Origin: Nitrosopumilus sp.
GTDB taxonomy: Archaea; Thermoproteota; Nitrososphaeria; Nitrososphaerales; Nitrosopumilaceae
Assembly (NCBI GenBank): GCA_965219345.1
Contig: OZ244732.1
Span: forward strand, 576,001-640,000
DNA length: 64,000 nt
Reading direction: 5' to 3'
The position numbers and the translations under genes are program-made. Below the pieces are notes generated by a model, which had not been told where the DNA came from, ran no database searches, and saw only the letters and a program-made list of their open reading frames with translations. This document shows, piece by piece, positions 21,679 to 30,279 of the stretch; position 1 is the stretch's first letter, and every line of letters starts with the position of its first letter.

Positions 21679-22435
21679 ATTTTAGAATCTTTAATAGTTT
21701 TTCAAAATATTCTTGTGTTTTTTCTTGTTTGTATTCTTTCAAAGCTTTAATGATTTTTCCTTTAGACGGATTTTTGTAAATTTTTTGAGTTTTTTTTGCA
21801 ATCCCTGAACCAATAAAAATTGCTTGAGTTACTGATGTAACATTTGATGGTCTTCTCTTAGTGCTAGAACTTTCAAAATCGATTAAGGTAGATTTTGTTT
21901 TCCCTACAATGACATGTTTTGAAATATTACTTAGTTCACCATGATCAAGACCTATCTGGTCTAATCTATAACAATCTTCTAAAATTTTTCTGATGGTAGA
22001 TTTTAATTTCTTTGCACTACCTTTTCCTTTTATTGAATTTACCCATTCACTAATCTTAATTCCTTCAAGATATTCCATAACTAAGAAATTTCTACTAGCA
22101 ACAAACATTTTTGGCCCAATATTTACTGAATTTGCTAATTTTAGTAGGATAGCCTCATTTTTCATTTCATTTCTTTGTGAATCTGTTCTTCTAATTTTTA
22201 GTGCAACCTGTTTGCTACCTTTTTTTGCTAGAACTACAACCCCAACATATCCTTTCCCTAAAATTGCTAAATTTCCAAGTGTAGTAGGACCTATTAATGA
22301 AATTGATTTTATTTTTAATTTCTCTAATTCATTAATTCTTGATCTTATCTGACGACTAGTAGCTTTTGGGTATCCAAGGATTTTTGAGTATGGTTCATCA
22401 GCAAATTTCTTAATTGAAATGAATGAGTGCGCCAT
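21674..22435 (-). CDS. RIO/Bud32-like Ser/Thr protein kinase
   Basis: LGKGYVG, VALK, MEYLEG, HGEL, IDFES. Confidence 0.85.
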   Translation of the reverse strand: MAHSFISIKKFADEPYSKILGYPKATSRQIRSRINELEKLKIKSISLIGPTTLGNLAILGKGYVGVVVLAKKGSKQVALKIRRTDSQRNEMKNEAILLKLANSVNIGPKMFVASRNFLVMEYLEGIKISEWVNSIKGKGSAKKLKSTIRKILEDCYRLDQIGLDHGELSNISKHVIVGKTKSTLIDFESSSTKRRPSNVTSVTQAIFIGSGIAKKTQKIYKNPSKGKIIKALKEYKQEKTQEYFEKLLKILKL

Positions 22436-23741
22436 CTGTCGAAATCAACTCACTTGCAGCCTCTTTAATTGATTTGCTTAAACTTTTGTTTCCTACTGAA
22501 ACCTTGAAACCACGCTTGAAATCACTCTGTAGACCTTTTGGTATGTCTGTTCTAAGATTCTTTTTCAAAAACTCTGTCATAAATTTGACTGCATCAGTAT
22601 GTTTTCTTTTTTCTAATGAAATTATTTTTCTATTTTTTCCAATCCACATTAATTCTGTACTTGCAAGATTCTTAGAAATGAAACTCTTGGAATTATTCTC
22701 TCTGAAAAACTCTGGTCCATTTTTTGTATATATTTCTGGAATCTTTGTAGATTCTAACAAGAAAAAGAGATAAACCTCTTTTTGTTGATCGGTGTAAGGT
22801 TTACTTCTTAACACATTGAATCCCCCTAATTCTAATTGAGTAGACAATGATGAAGTGGCTCTTTTAATCTGTCCCCATATAATGTCTGGACTTCTAATTT
22901 TAAAATTAAATTTTATCACTAACAAATTTTCCCAATGTTTCTTTGAAACTGTTGATTTTTTGTTCTTAAAGAATTTTAATGCAGGTTTTTCTTTAAAAGC
23001 TCTAGAAACAAGAACAAATTTTCCAATATTTTCATCAGAAATTGCTGCAGCTAAGTTTCTATCATCATCAATCGGGTCTATAATCACTATTGATGTGTTG
23101 AATTTCTTTGTAGTCTTCCCAATAATTTGATTTTCTTTAATTTCTGACATTGATTTAATTACATTTTCAAAACTTCCAAAATGTTTGATTAAAACTTCTG
23201 AAACGTAACCACTGAATCCCTGCTTTGCAATTTCTGCTCCGTAAATTCCATTTGATTTTAGAAATGTTTTTAGAATTCTAACCTCGTTTCTCATTTTGGA
23301 TGTTAATGATTTACCCATGAATTTTGTATGAAATGGAGATCTATCTGCAGCACTTTTCCATTCTCCATTTTTTACATCATAAAATGGCACAACATTGATC
23401 TTGGTATTCTTAATTTTAGCCTCAACATACGGATGCTCAGAATACCTAACATAAGGAGAATGTTTTTTCAATGCTTCAAAACCAATTTTTTTTGAGATTT
23501 TTTCAAATTTTTCTTCTGATGTAGATTTCTTGAATCTGATAAAAATATCCACATCTGCATCATCTGACAACCAAGTACCTTTTGCAAATGAACCCCCAAA
23601 TTCTAATCCTATTACTTCTGGAAATTTTTTAATTTCTTTTTTAACTAATTTAGACGCTAATTCAGCAATATTATTTTTTGATTTTTCCATCGTTTTTGAT
23701 GGAATGACAGCCTTAGAAATTTTGGAAATAATTTGTTTCAT
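22410..23741 (-). CDS. cca: CCA-adding tRNA nucleotidyltransferase (class I)
   Basis: GSFAKGTWL..DVDIF, YSEHPY, DRSPFH, GFSGYVSE. Confidence 0.95.
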   Translation of the reverse strand: MKQIISKISKAVIPSKTMEKSKNNIAELASKLVKKEIKKFPEVIGLEFGGSFAKGTWLSDDADVDIFIRFKKSTSEEKFEKISKKIGFEALKKHSPYVRYSEHPYVEAKIKNTKINVVPFYDVKNGEWKSAADRSPFHTKFMGKSLTSKMRNEVRILKTFLKSNGIYGAEIAKQGFSGYVSEVLIKHFGSFENVIKSMSEIKENQIIGKTTKKFNTSIVIIDPIDDDRNLAAAISDENIGKFVLVSRAFKEKPALKFFKNKKSTVSKKHWENLLVIKFNFKIRSPDIIWGQIKRATSSLSTQLELGGFNVLRSKPYTDQQKEVYLFFLLESTKIPEIYTKNGPEFFRENNSKSFISKNLASTELMWIGKNRKIISLEKRKHTDAVKFMTEFLKKNLRTDIPKGLQSDFKRGFKVSVGNKSLSKSIKEAASELISTDGALIHFN

Positions 23742-24283
23742 TGTACTGCCTTAATCTCCTCTAAATCAGAATAGATTGGTCCATCTGGTGTAAGTTCACT
23801 TTTTTTCAATTTAATACTGGTTACTTCTTGTATTCCAAAATCTATAGTTTTGTGATTATCCAATTCTTTTGTTATATCTCCTATCTTCTTTTTAATTCTA
23901 AATACTGTGATATGAGGTTTGAATGGCTTTTCTGAAAAAAATCCCAAAGGCTCTAACATTTTTTCAACTTTTTTTGATAACTGAATTAGCATATTTCTTC
24001 CATTATCATCCGTTCCAATCCAAACCACTCTTGGAAATTTAGGTTTGGGAAATGCACCTGTTCCTTTCAAGTTTACATTAAAACTTGAAAATTCAATCTT
24101 ACGAAGGGCTTGAATAATTTTTTCTAAGATCTCCTCTGAAACTTCACCTAAAAATTGTAATGTAAAATGGAAATTTCTTGATTCTACAGGTTTAGCTTTA
24201 ATATCAATTTTGGTTTGAAATTTTTTTATGGAATTGATAATATTATCATTTGAGATTTCAATTGCTACAAAAGTTCGCATCAT
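23738..24283 (-). CDS. thpR: RNA 2',3'-cyclic phosphodiesterase (2H family)
   Basis: HFTLQFLG and PHITV motifs, RVVW. Confidence 0.92.
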   Translation of the reverse strand: MMRTFVAIEISNDNIINSIKKFQTKIDIKAKPVESRNFHFTLQFLGEVSEEILEKIIQALRKIEFSSFNVNLKGTGAFPKPKFPRVVWIGTDDNGRNMLIQLSKKVEKMLEPLGFFSEKPFKPHITVFRIKKKIGDITKELDNHKTIDFGIQEVTSIKLKKSELTPDGPIYSDLEEIKAVQ

Positions 24284-24352
24284 AACATTTTTCCAAGTAT
24301 CTTTATAATTATTTCCGGTAGCTTCATAGACGAGCCCCTTCTTTGATATGTA

Positions 24353-24901
24353 TTGACAAAACTAATTGTGTGCCTAACAGGCATGCCTGGTGCTGGTAAA
24401 TCTACTATTGCTGAAGGATTGGAATCTAAAGGATATGACACAATCAATATGGGAAATGCAGTTAGAGTAGAAGCAACTAAAAAAAACTTAGAACCAACTA
24501 GAGCTAACCTTGGAAAACTAATGCTTGAGCTTAGGGAAAAAAATGGCCCTGGTGCAATAGCAGAATTAATCAAACCACAAATAGAATCTTCTACGGCAGG
24601 TGTTATACTAATTGATGGAGTTAGATCAAATGATGAGATACAAGTTCTTAGAAAACTTGGTAATGTAAAACTACTCGCAATTCATGCATCAGCTGATGCT
24701 AGATTCAATTTTTTACAAAAAAGAGGAAGATCAGATGATCCTCAAACAAAAGATCACTTTCAGGAAAGAGATAATCGTGAATTAGGTATTGGAATCAGTA
24801 ATTCAATTGCATTATCTGATGACACAATATCAAATACTGGTTTAACAAAAGACGAGTTAACAGAAGCTGCCTTTAAGATCATTCAAAGTTGGATAGAATG
24901 A
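24353..24901 (+). CDS. P-loop nucleotide kinase (UPF0200 / dephospho-CoA kinase-like)
   Basis: TGMPGAGKS, IDGVRS, RGRSDD. Confidence 0.85.
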   Translation: MTKLIVCLTGMPGAGKSTIAEGLESKGYDTINMGNAVRVEATKKNLEPTRANLGKLMLELREKNGPGAIAELIKPQIESSTAGVILIDGVRSNDEIQVLRKLGNVKLLAIHASADARFNFLQKRGRSDDPQTKDHFQERDNRELGIGISNSIALSDDTISNTGLTKDELTEAAFKIIQSWIE

Positions 24902-25305
24902 AAATTCCAACTGTTAGTTGCAAAATAGATATGTTTTGTTTAGTAAATCCTTCTGAGGATCCAAAAAAAATCCAAAAAGCAATTTCTAATGTTTTTCCAT
25001 ATTCAACTATAAAAACTGAAAATTCTTCAATTAGTTTCCAATCTAATGATCTAAAGTCTTTGGAAAAGATTTACGAAACGATTCACAAAAAACAATCTCA
25101 AAAAATCTATAGACGTAATCTTGAAAAAAATTTAGAAAATAACACTACTTGGTTTTATCTAAATAAACAAGCAGCATTTGTTGAAAAAATAGCAATTTGT
25201 GAAAAAGCAGACGAATCCCCTCTAGGACCAATTAAAGTAGTTCTCACTTCAGCAAATATTGATAGAATAATTGACTGGTTTATTTCTAGATATGATGAAA
25301 CTTAG
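24889..25305 (+). CDS. DUF54/UPF0201 RNA-binding-like protein
   Basis: PSEDPKK, LNKQAAF, ESPLGPI. Confidence 0.85.
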   Translation: MDRMKIPTVSCKIDMFCLVNPSEDPKKIQKAISNVFPYSTIKTENSSISFQSNDLKSLEKIYETIHKKQSQKIYRRNLEKNLENNTTWFYLNKQAAFVEKIAICEKADESPLGPIKVVLTSANIDRIIDWFISRYDET

Positions 25306-25378
25306 CTAAGAAAATTCAATCATTTTTGAATATTTTTTTTAGTTTGAATCTAAAATCCTTTTTTTAGAATTATGCTAT

Positions 25379-26172
25379 ATGTTCATAAAATTAGCCATAA
25401 TTGGTTCAATTTTGTTAGTAGCTGTAATAGTATTTCCAAATGAAATTTATCAATTATTCCCTGAAACTTCCTCAAATGTAAAAAACGATCTTGATAAAAT
25501 AAAAGATAATGCCATTGAAAAAATAGAAACAATCATTGAGGAAGGTGGTAAACTTGTTAATAGTCAAGTGAAAGATATCACAAAAAGCTCAACTGAAAGT
25601 ATATTCGATGGTATATCTGAGAGTATCGACAATTTTAGCGAATCCGCACTACAAACTATAGGCTTTGCTGGTATCTTAGGAGACGATCAAACCACAAATA
25701 ATGAATCTATGGGTCAGAAGAGCTCATCATCACCTGGAGCAGATTCAGTAACAGGGAAAAGATCCTAAATGCAGGTTCATACCTTTGGACGAACTCATCA
25801 CCACCTGGAGCAGATTCAGTAACAGAGTCGCCTTTTAGTACTAAGGCATCAGGAGAAAAAACAATACAAACATTTGAAACTCTATCACTTGAATCGACCC
25901 AACAATCAAATGATAATATTATGCTTTACTATGAAGATACTTCAGGAAAAGCAACTAGTGTCACTGTGACTTTACGAACAACTGAAAAAGAACTCTTTAC
26001 AGGAATTTTTTATTCCTCAATGTTTAAAACATTTGTACAAGATGTAACACAAACATTTTACTTTATTGACATGACAATCGAACATGAAGAATACGGAACA
26101 ATTTCTTCATCTGTATTTAATCCAGTAGATAGCCCTGGTACTATAATTAACGGGGTATTCTCTAAATCTTAA
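25379..26172 (+). pseudogene. Signal-anchored hypothetical protein frameshifted near 25760, with an internal 32-bp duplication
   Basis: Adding one base at GGGAAAAGA joins 25379..25768 to the frame of 25921..26172; repeats at 25723-25754 and 25794-25825. Confidence 0.6.
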
Positions 26173-26387
26173 TTATTTACTTTACTAAAAACTGAAACCA
26201 GATCAGGTAATGTAATTGCACTTGTATTTCTTATTACTAAATCCATCTCTGATGACATTTCAGTATCTTCTGGATTGATTTCTATCAATATTGCATTGTT
26301 TTGTTTTGCATAGATTGGTAGTGTATTTGCTGGTGATACAACAAGAGATGTGCCAGCAATTATCATTAAATCACATTGATTTGCAAA
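26169..26387 (-). pseudogene. cobB: Sirtuin (CobB) C-terminal half, separated by insertion
   Basis: FANQCDLMIIAGTSLVVSPA...IEINP carries the Sir2 GTSL.V.PA and (I)NP motifs. Confidence 0.93.
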
Positions 26388-27003
26388 CTTGAAATATTTT
26401 CTTGGCTTCAATAGTACATATCTTCTTTACAATGATTCCATGCTCTTCATAGACCTTCTTGACTTCATCACCGTCAATCCAGCCAAAGGCGATTAGGTGC
26501 AGGTGTGGATCCACTCTTGGAGTTAGCTTACCATCTTTCTGGAATCGGAACGGGTGTAGTACATCAGCAGACCCAGTGATACCGACTTGAGACTTTATTT
26601 TTTTTACCAACTTTTTCAATTTTGGCACATCATCAAACACCACTCCAGGAATTGAGATCACAACGTGGGAGGCTCTTCTATTAGTAATCTTGCACCAGGC
26701 TTCAATTCTTCTTGTCAATCTGTTTGCAATTCTGTTAGTCCATGATTCCACACAAAGAGGGCATGATGACCTAGCACACTCCTTCAGGTATGACTGTACG
26801 TAGACCCTGTTGTTTGGGTGTTCGTGATGATTGAGACAGCCTTTCATTCCCCACTTGTGACAACTCTTTAACTCTTGACCCTGTGCAGGAAGCTGATAGC
26901 CCTTCCATCTTGCCTGTTTCCAAGAGGTTGAAAATCTGGCATAGTCCAGGATATGCCTAGTGGCTGATTTTGATTCTATTTTGCAAGTCTGCAAATACCT
27001 CAA
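26379..27003 (-). pseudogene. HUH rolling-circle replication initiator, N-terminal part
   Basis: Zn motif C....CPLC...W, HVVIS (motif I), HPFR, PHLHLIAFGW (HUH motif II); truncated at the junction just before motif III. Confidence 0.8.
26984..27001 (+). repeat. Inverted copy of the element's recombination site within a TTTGCA-AGTC-TGCAAA hairpin
   Basis: CAAGTCTGCAAATACCTC (+) versus reconstituted circle junction CAAGTTTGCAAATACCTC (-): 17/18. Confidence 0.7.
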
Positions 27004-27069
27004 GTGGCTGTAGTGATAGGCTTGAATCAGTGACTATTCCAAGCCTGGTCCAGAATGGCTGTAATGTAA

Positions 27070-27189
27070 ATGCACTTTGAAAATGCTGAAAAATGTCCAA
27101 GATGTGGACTGATCCTGTACTCTGAATATGCAATGAAAAACCACAAGTGTATCAACCACATTGATGATGATTACCTGATTGACCAGTAG
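27070..27189 (+). CDS. Small zinc-finger protein (39 aa), not in ORF track
   Basis: MHFENAEKCPRCGLILYSEYAMKNHKCINHIDDDYLIDQ; CxxC-x12-HxC pattern. Confidence 0.55.
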   Translation: MHFENAEKCPRCGLILYSEYAMKNHKCINHIDDDYLIDQ

Positions 27190-27270
27190 AATCTAATCAA
27201 ATAGAATTTACCAAACAAAACACTACAACACCGCTAGATAGATATAATCAATATTTGATAAAAACTTAGT

Positions 27271-27906
27271 ATGAACACACTACTTTATGCAGTACTACTA
27301 ACAATTGTAGTTGTTACATCAGGTGTATCAGGAGTATTTGCAATGTCCGATGAGGACACAATAGCAAAAATTCAGAAAAGCATTGACAGGCTACTTGATA
27401 GAATTCAAGGACTGGAAGACAAAAACACCAAAGCCTACAAGTTCATAGATTACGTTCAGAATAATATAGACAAACGTGATCAAAAAATAGATAGACTGCA
27501 AGACAAGATAGCCAAGAAGCAGGCAAAGATTGACATGATCAATGGTGTAGAAATAATTGAACCGTTCATCACAACCGACAAACTGGAATATGAGATAGGT
27601 GAGACAATACACATTACAGGACTGGACAAGGATTATCCAGAACAAGTCAACTCAAACCCAATCAGATACCAGACATTTGACGTTATCTTAACTAGCAGTG
27701 GAACAGTATGGAGTTGTAGCTCAAGTGGCTATGATGAGAACATATGCGAAATATCCGATGATGGAACATACGCAATAGACATACCACTTACGGAAGTTGA
27801 TTACACGCCAGGAAGTCATTATATCCAACAGACCAGCTTTGTAAGCTATGGCGGAGGTAACAATGACAATTTCTTCATTGTGTCACAGTTATTCCTAGTG
27901 AACTAG
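27271..27906 (+). CDS. Secreted/surface protein: signal peptide, coiled coil, Ig-like beta domain
   Basis: Hydrophobic N-terminus ending VFA; heptad region; ITTDKLEYEIGETIHITG motif. Confidence 0.7.
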   Translation: MNTLLYAVLLTIVVVTSGVSGVFAMSDEDTIAKIQKSIDRLLDRIQGLEDKNTKAYKFIDYVQNNIDKRDQKIDRLQDKIAKKQAKIDMINGVEIIEPFITTDKLEYEIGETIHITGLDKDYPEQVNSNPIRYQTFDVILTSSGTVWSCSSSGYDENICEISDDGTYAIDIPLTEVDYTPGSHYIQQTSFVSYGGGNNDNFFIVSQLFLVN

Positions 27907-28017
27907 ACGACCCAACATATCTTTCTTATTTTTTTTATTTGCATACAGAGATTGCAACCTACATACAAGTTGAGATCTCAATATTGAACATAAATATAAC
28001 ATAACTATACCATAACT

Positions 28018-28173
28018 ATGATGAAAATCATTAACTGTGACTGTGGGCACCAATTCGCCACAAAGCAGAGAATCGCTCAATGTTCAAACTGTGGAACTCG
28101 CATATGCACCTGTGAGACTTGTACAAATCCTGTACCAATTCGCAGGAAAAAACTTACAGAAGTACTCAAATAA
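28018..28173 (+). CDS. Small Cys-rich Zn-ribbon protein (51 aa), not in ORF track
   Basis: MMKIINCDCGHQFATKQRIAQCSNCGTRICTCETCTNPVPIRRKKLTEVLK; AT-rich promoter-like sequence upstream. Confidence 0.6.
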   Translation: MMKIINCDCGHQFATKQRIAQCSNCGTRICTCETCTNPVPIRRKKLTEVLK

Positions 28174-28220
28174 ATGGAAGTCTGTTTTTGACGAATTCTA
28201 GACCTGTTTTTAGACTTCCA

Positions 28221-28449
28221 TTTTTTATTTTGCATGTAAGCTGTAATCTGATTTTTCACTTCCTTTTTTTAACACGTCATACCATTGGGGTTGGCACCCC
28301 AAACCCCCCTAAGGAGCATGAAAAACATCAGCCATAGGGGGTCAACGCTTCAGTAGTTTTTTATTTTGCATGTAAGTTGTAATCTGATGGTATGACCCAA
28401 AAACACGGTGAGTGACGGTAAGATCCTAACCTACCTACAAACCATCAGA
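28221..28449. repeat. Structured non-coding region (candidate replication origin)
   Basis: 32-bp direct repeat (31/32) at 28221-28252 and 28357-28388; inverted repeat GTCATACCAT (28276-85)/ATGGTATGAC (28387-96); G/C-run hairpins between. Confidence 0.65.
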
Positions 28450-28493
28450 ACCAACAAGCACACATAATAAACTATAGATACAAAAAGTCAATT

Positions 28494-29315
28494 ATGAACA
28501 AGTACATCAAAGCCGTACTAATTGTACTTGCATCTATTATCTGTCTTCTTGTAATAATTGGGTTAGCTGCAGGGGTGTATTCAATTGTTGACTCAGAAAG
28601 GCTTGAAGAAGAAAGGCTTGAAGAAGAAAGGCTTGAAGAAGAAAGACTTTACGAAGAAAGACTTTACGAAGAAAGACTTGAAGAAGAGAATCAAAAAACT
28701 GATACGTCTAAAGTGGGTGAACAGGGGTTTTACACGCAACGTGATTTACAACTTGAAGAAGAAAGACTTGAAAAAGAGAATCAAAAAACTGATACGTCTA
28801 AAGAAGAACCAGAAACTTCAGAAGTACGTACATCTACACATGATCCAAGTCTTACCCAAACTGAATATTATGAGAATGGAACTATAGATACTCAAACTCT
28901 ATATGATGAGGACGAAAAGGTGAAATCATATACTTCTTACTTTAGTAATGGAAATATAAAGAGGCAATGGCTATTTGATGAGGACGAAAATTGGAAATCA
29001 TATATTGCTTACTATAGAGATGGAAGTATAGAGGGTCGAGACATATATGATGAGGACGGAATTAGGAAATCAGCTACTTCTTACTATAAAGATGGAAGTA
29101 TAGATAGTCAATGGCTATATGATGAGGACGAAAATATGAAATCAGTTATTGCTTACTATAGAGATGGAAGTATATGGGATCAAACTCTATTTGATGAGGA
29201 CGAAAATTGGAAATCATATACTACATATGATGAGAACGGAAACATCGCAACACAAGTGTGTTCTGATGGCACAGCCAAAGTAACTTGTACTGAAGAACAC
29301 CTAACATCTAGATGA
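28494..29315 (+). CDS. Membrane-anchored protein with (ERLEE)n repeats and 23-aa MORN-variant/YwqK-like repeats
   Basis: TM helix; 15-nt tandem x6 at 28596-28685; about six YY.DGSI....YDEDE..KS repeats. Confidence 0.75.
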   Translation: MNKYIKAVLIVLASIICLLVIIGLAAGVYSIVDSERLEEERLEEERLEEERLYEERLYEERLEEENQKTDTSKVGEQGFYTQRDLQLEEERLEKENQKTDTSKEEPETSEVRTSTHDPSLTQTEYYENGTIDTQTLYDEDEKVKSYTSYFSNGNIKRQWLFDEDENWKSYIAYYRDGSIEGRDIYDEDGIRKSATSYYKDGSIDSQWLYDEDENMKSVIAYYRDGSIWDQTLFDEDENWKSYTTYDENGNIATQVCSDGTAKVTCTEEHLTSR

Positions 29316-29353
29316 TTTCCTAAATTAACAATAATTGTACCTTTAACCATTTC

Positions 29354-29760
29354 TTAAAGATCCCAAAAACTTTCAATCTTTTGACTTCCTGCTGATTTTT
29401 GAATCTGTTTCTGCTGTTTCCTGGCTACACTTTTCTTCAAAGTTTCCTGAAGGATCTGTTTCTCTAACCTCATCTTTCTGGTACTGGTGACGGTCTAGGA
29501 ATCATCATAAAAATGATAGTCATAATCAGTGATGTATTCAAGATACGCAAAGTCCGTTAGTCCGATAAATCCAGGTGAAAAGGGTGGGGGTGTGTCCTGG
29601 TATTGTGGCAAGATTCTGACTAGTCCTAGTTCCAACGGACAGTAAGGGCATATTTCTTGCTCAATCTCCTCTTTTGGAAGTTTCAATTTGCTATATGATA
29701 CCGCACCAGTGTAAACGACTGCATGGGTTCCAGGTCAACACCAGCGTGAGTTAAGAGGTA
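29354..29760 (-). pseudogene. HUH Rep C-terminal part (motif III YLLTHAG, Zn knuckle)
   Basis: YLLTHAGV / 1-nt frameshift ~29736 / PGTHAVVYTGAVSYSKLK...CPYC; in-frame TAG at 29495, frame continues to 29354. Confidence 0.7.
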
Positions 29761-30278
29761 TTTGCAAAAATCATGGCTTTTTGCCACATGTCCCGTGGTA
29801 GAGATTCTCCAAACCAGACAACATCAGGCCTGAGTATATTTCCACACTTACATAATGGTGGAATCTCAGAAAATTCTGTCATAATTTCATCTTTAAAATC
29901 ACAAACTGAACACTTGATCTTTACAATACTTCCATGTAATTCCAACACCTCTGAGCTACCTGCCTTTTGATGAAGCCCATCAATATTCTGTGTTAAAGCC
30001 ACGACTTTGGTAAATTTTTCAAGTTCAGCAATTGCTTTGTGACCTGGGTTTGGTTGTGCTGCAAGGATATTCTTTCTTCTTTCATCATACCATTCCCAAA
30101 CCAATTTTGGGTTTTCATAAAATGCATCAATTGTAGCTAATTTCATTGCATCATAGTCTCTCCACAGTCCATCTTTTCCTCTGAATGTCGGTATACCACT
30201 TTCTTGTGATATTCCAGCACCTGTTACAAATACAATTTTTTTAATATCTTTAATATGATCTTTAATTAACTCAAACAT
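29760..30278 (-). pseudogene. cobB: Sirtuin (CobB) NAD-dependent deacylase, N-terminal 173 aa
   Basis: TGAGISQESGIPTFRG, TQNIDGLHQKAG, LHGS, LRPDVVWFGE; ends abruptly at FAN. Confidence 0.95.
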
Positions 30279-30279
30279 T

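Larger units (their letters stand above)
26379..29768. mobile_element. Integrated small rolling-circle replicon (3,381-bp circle) inside cobB
   Basis: 9-bp direct repeat ATTTGCAAA at 26379-26387 and 29760-29768; removal restores a 242-aa CobB; HUH Rep halves at both ends; no integrase or transposase. Confidence 0.9.

Noticed and set aside
26379-26387. Insertion core as an archaeal dif/Xer site or IS target duplication
   Set aside because: No 11-6-11 dif-like arms, no terminal inverted repeats at the ends and no transposase; the core is shared by host and circle, as in a crossover.
26371-26411. ORF-track termini MKPRKYFK- (cobB C-half), -CKSM (Rep) and -NTS (cobB N-half) as native sequence
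   Set aside because: These are junction read-through sequences created by the insertion.
28221-28388. 32-bp repeats as a mini-CRISPR array
   Set aside because: Only two copies, a 104-bp spacer and no cas genes.
28585-28887. Lys-rich alternative-frame ORF (KKGLK repeats)
   Set aside because: Shadow frame of the 15-nt tandem repeat in 28494..29315.
28860-29245. 69-nt repeats as a DGR template/variable repeat
   Set aside because: They are in-frame 23-aa protein repeats, and no reverse transcriptase is present in the window.
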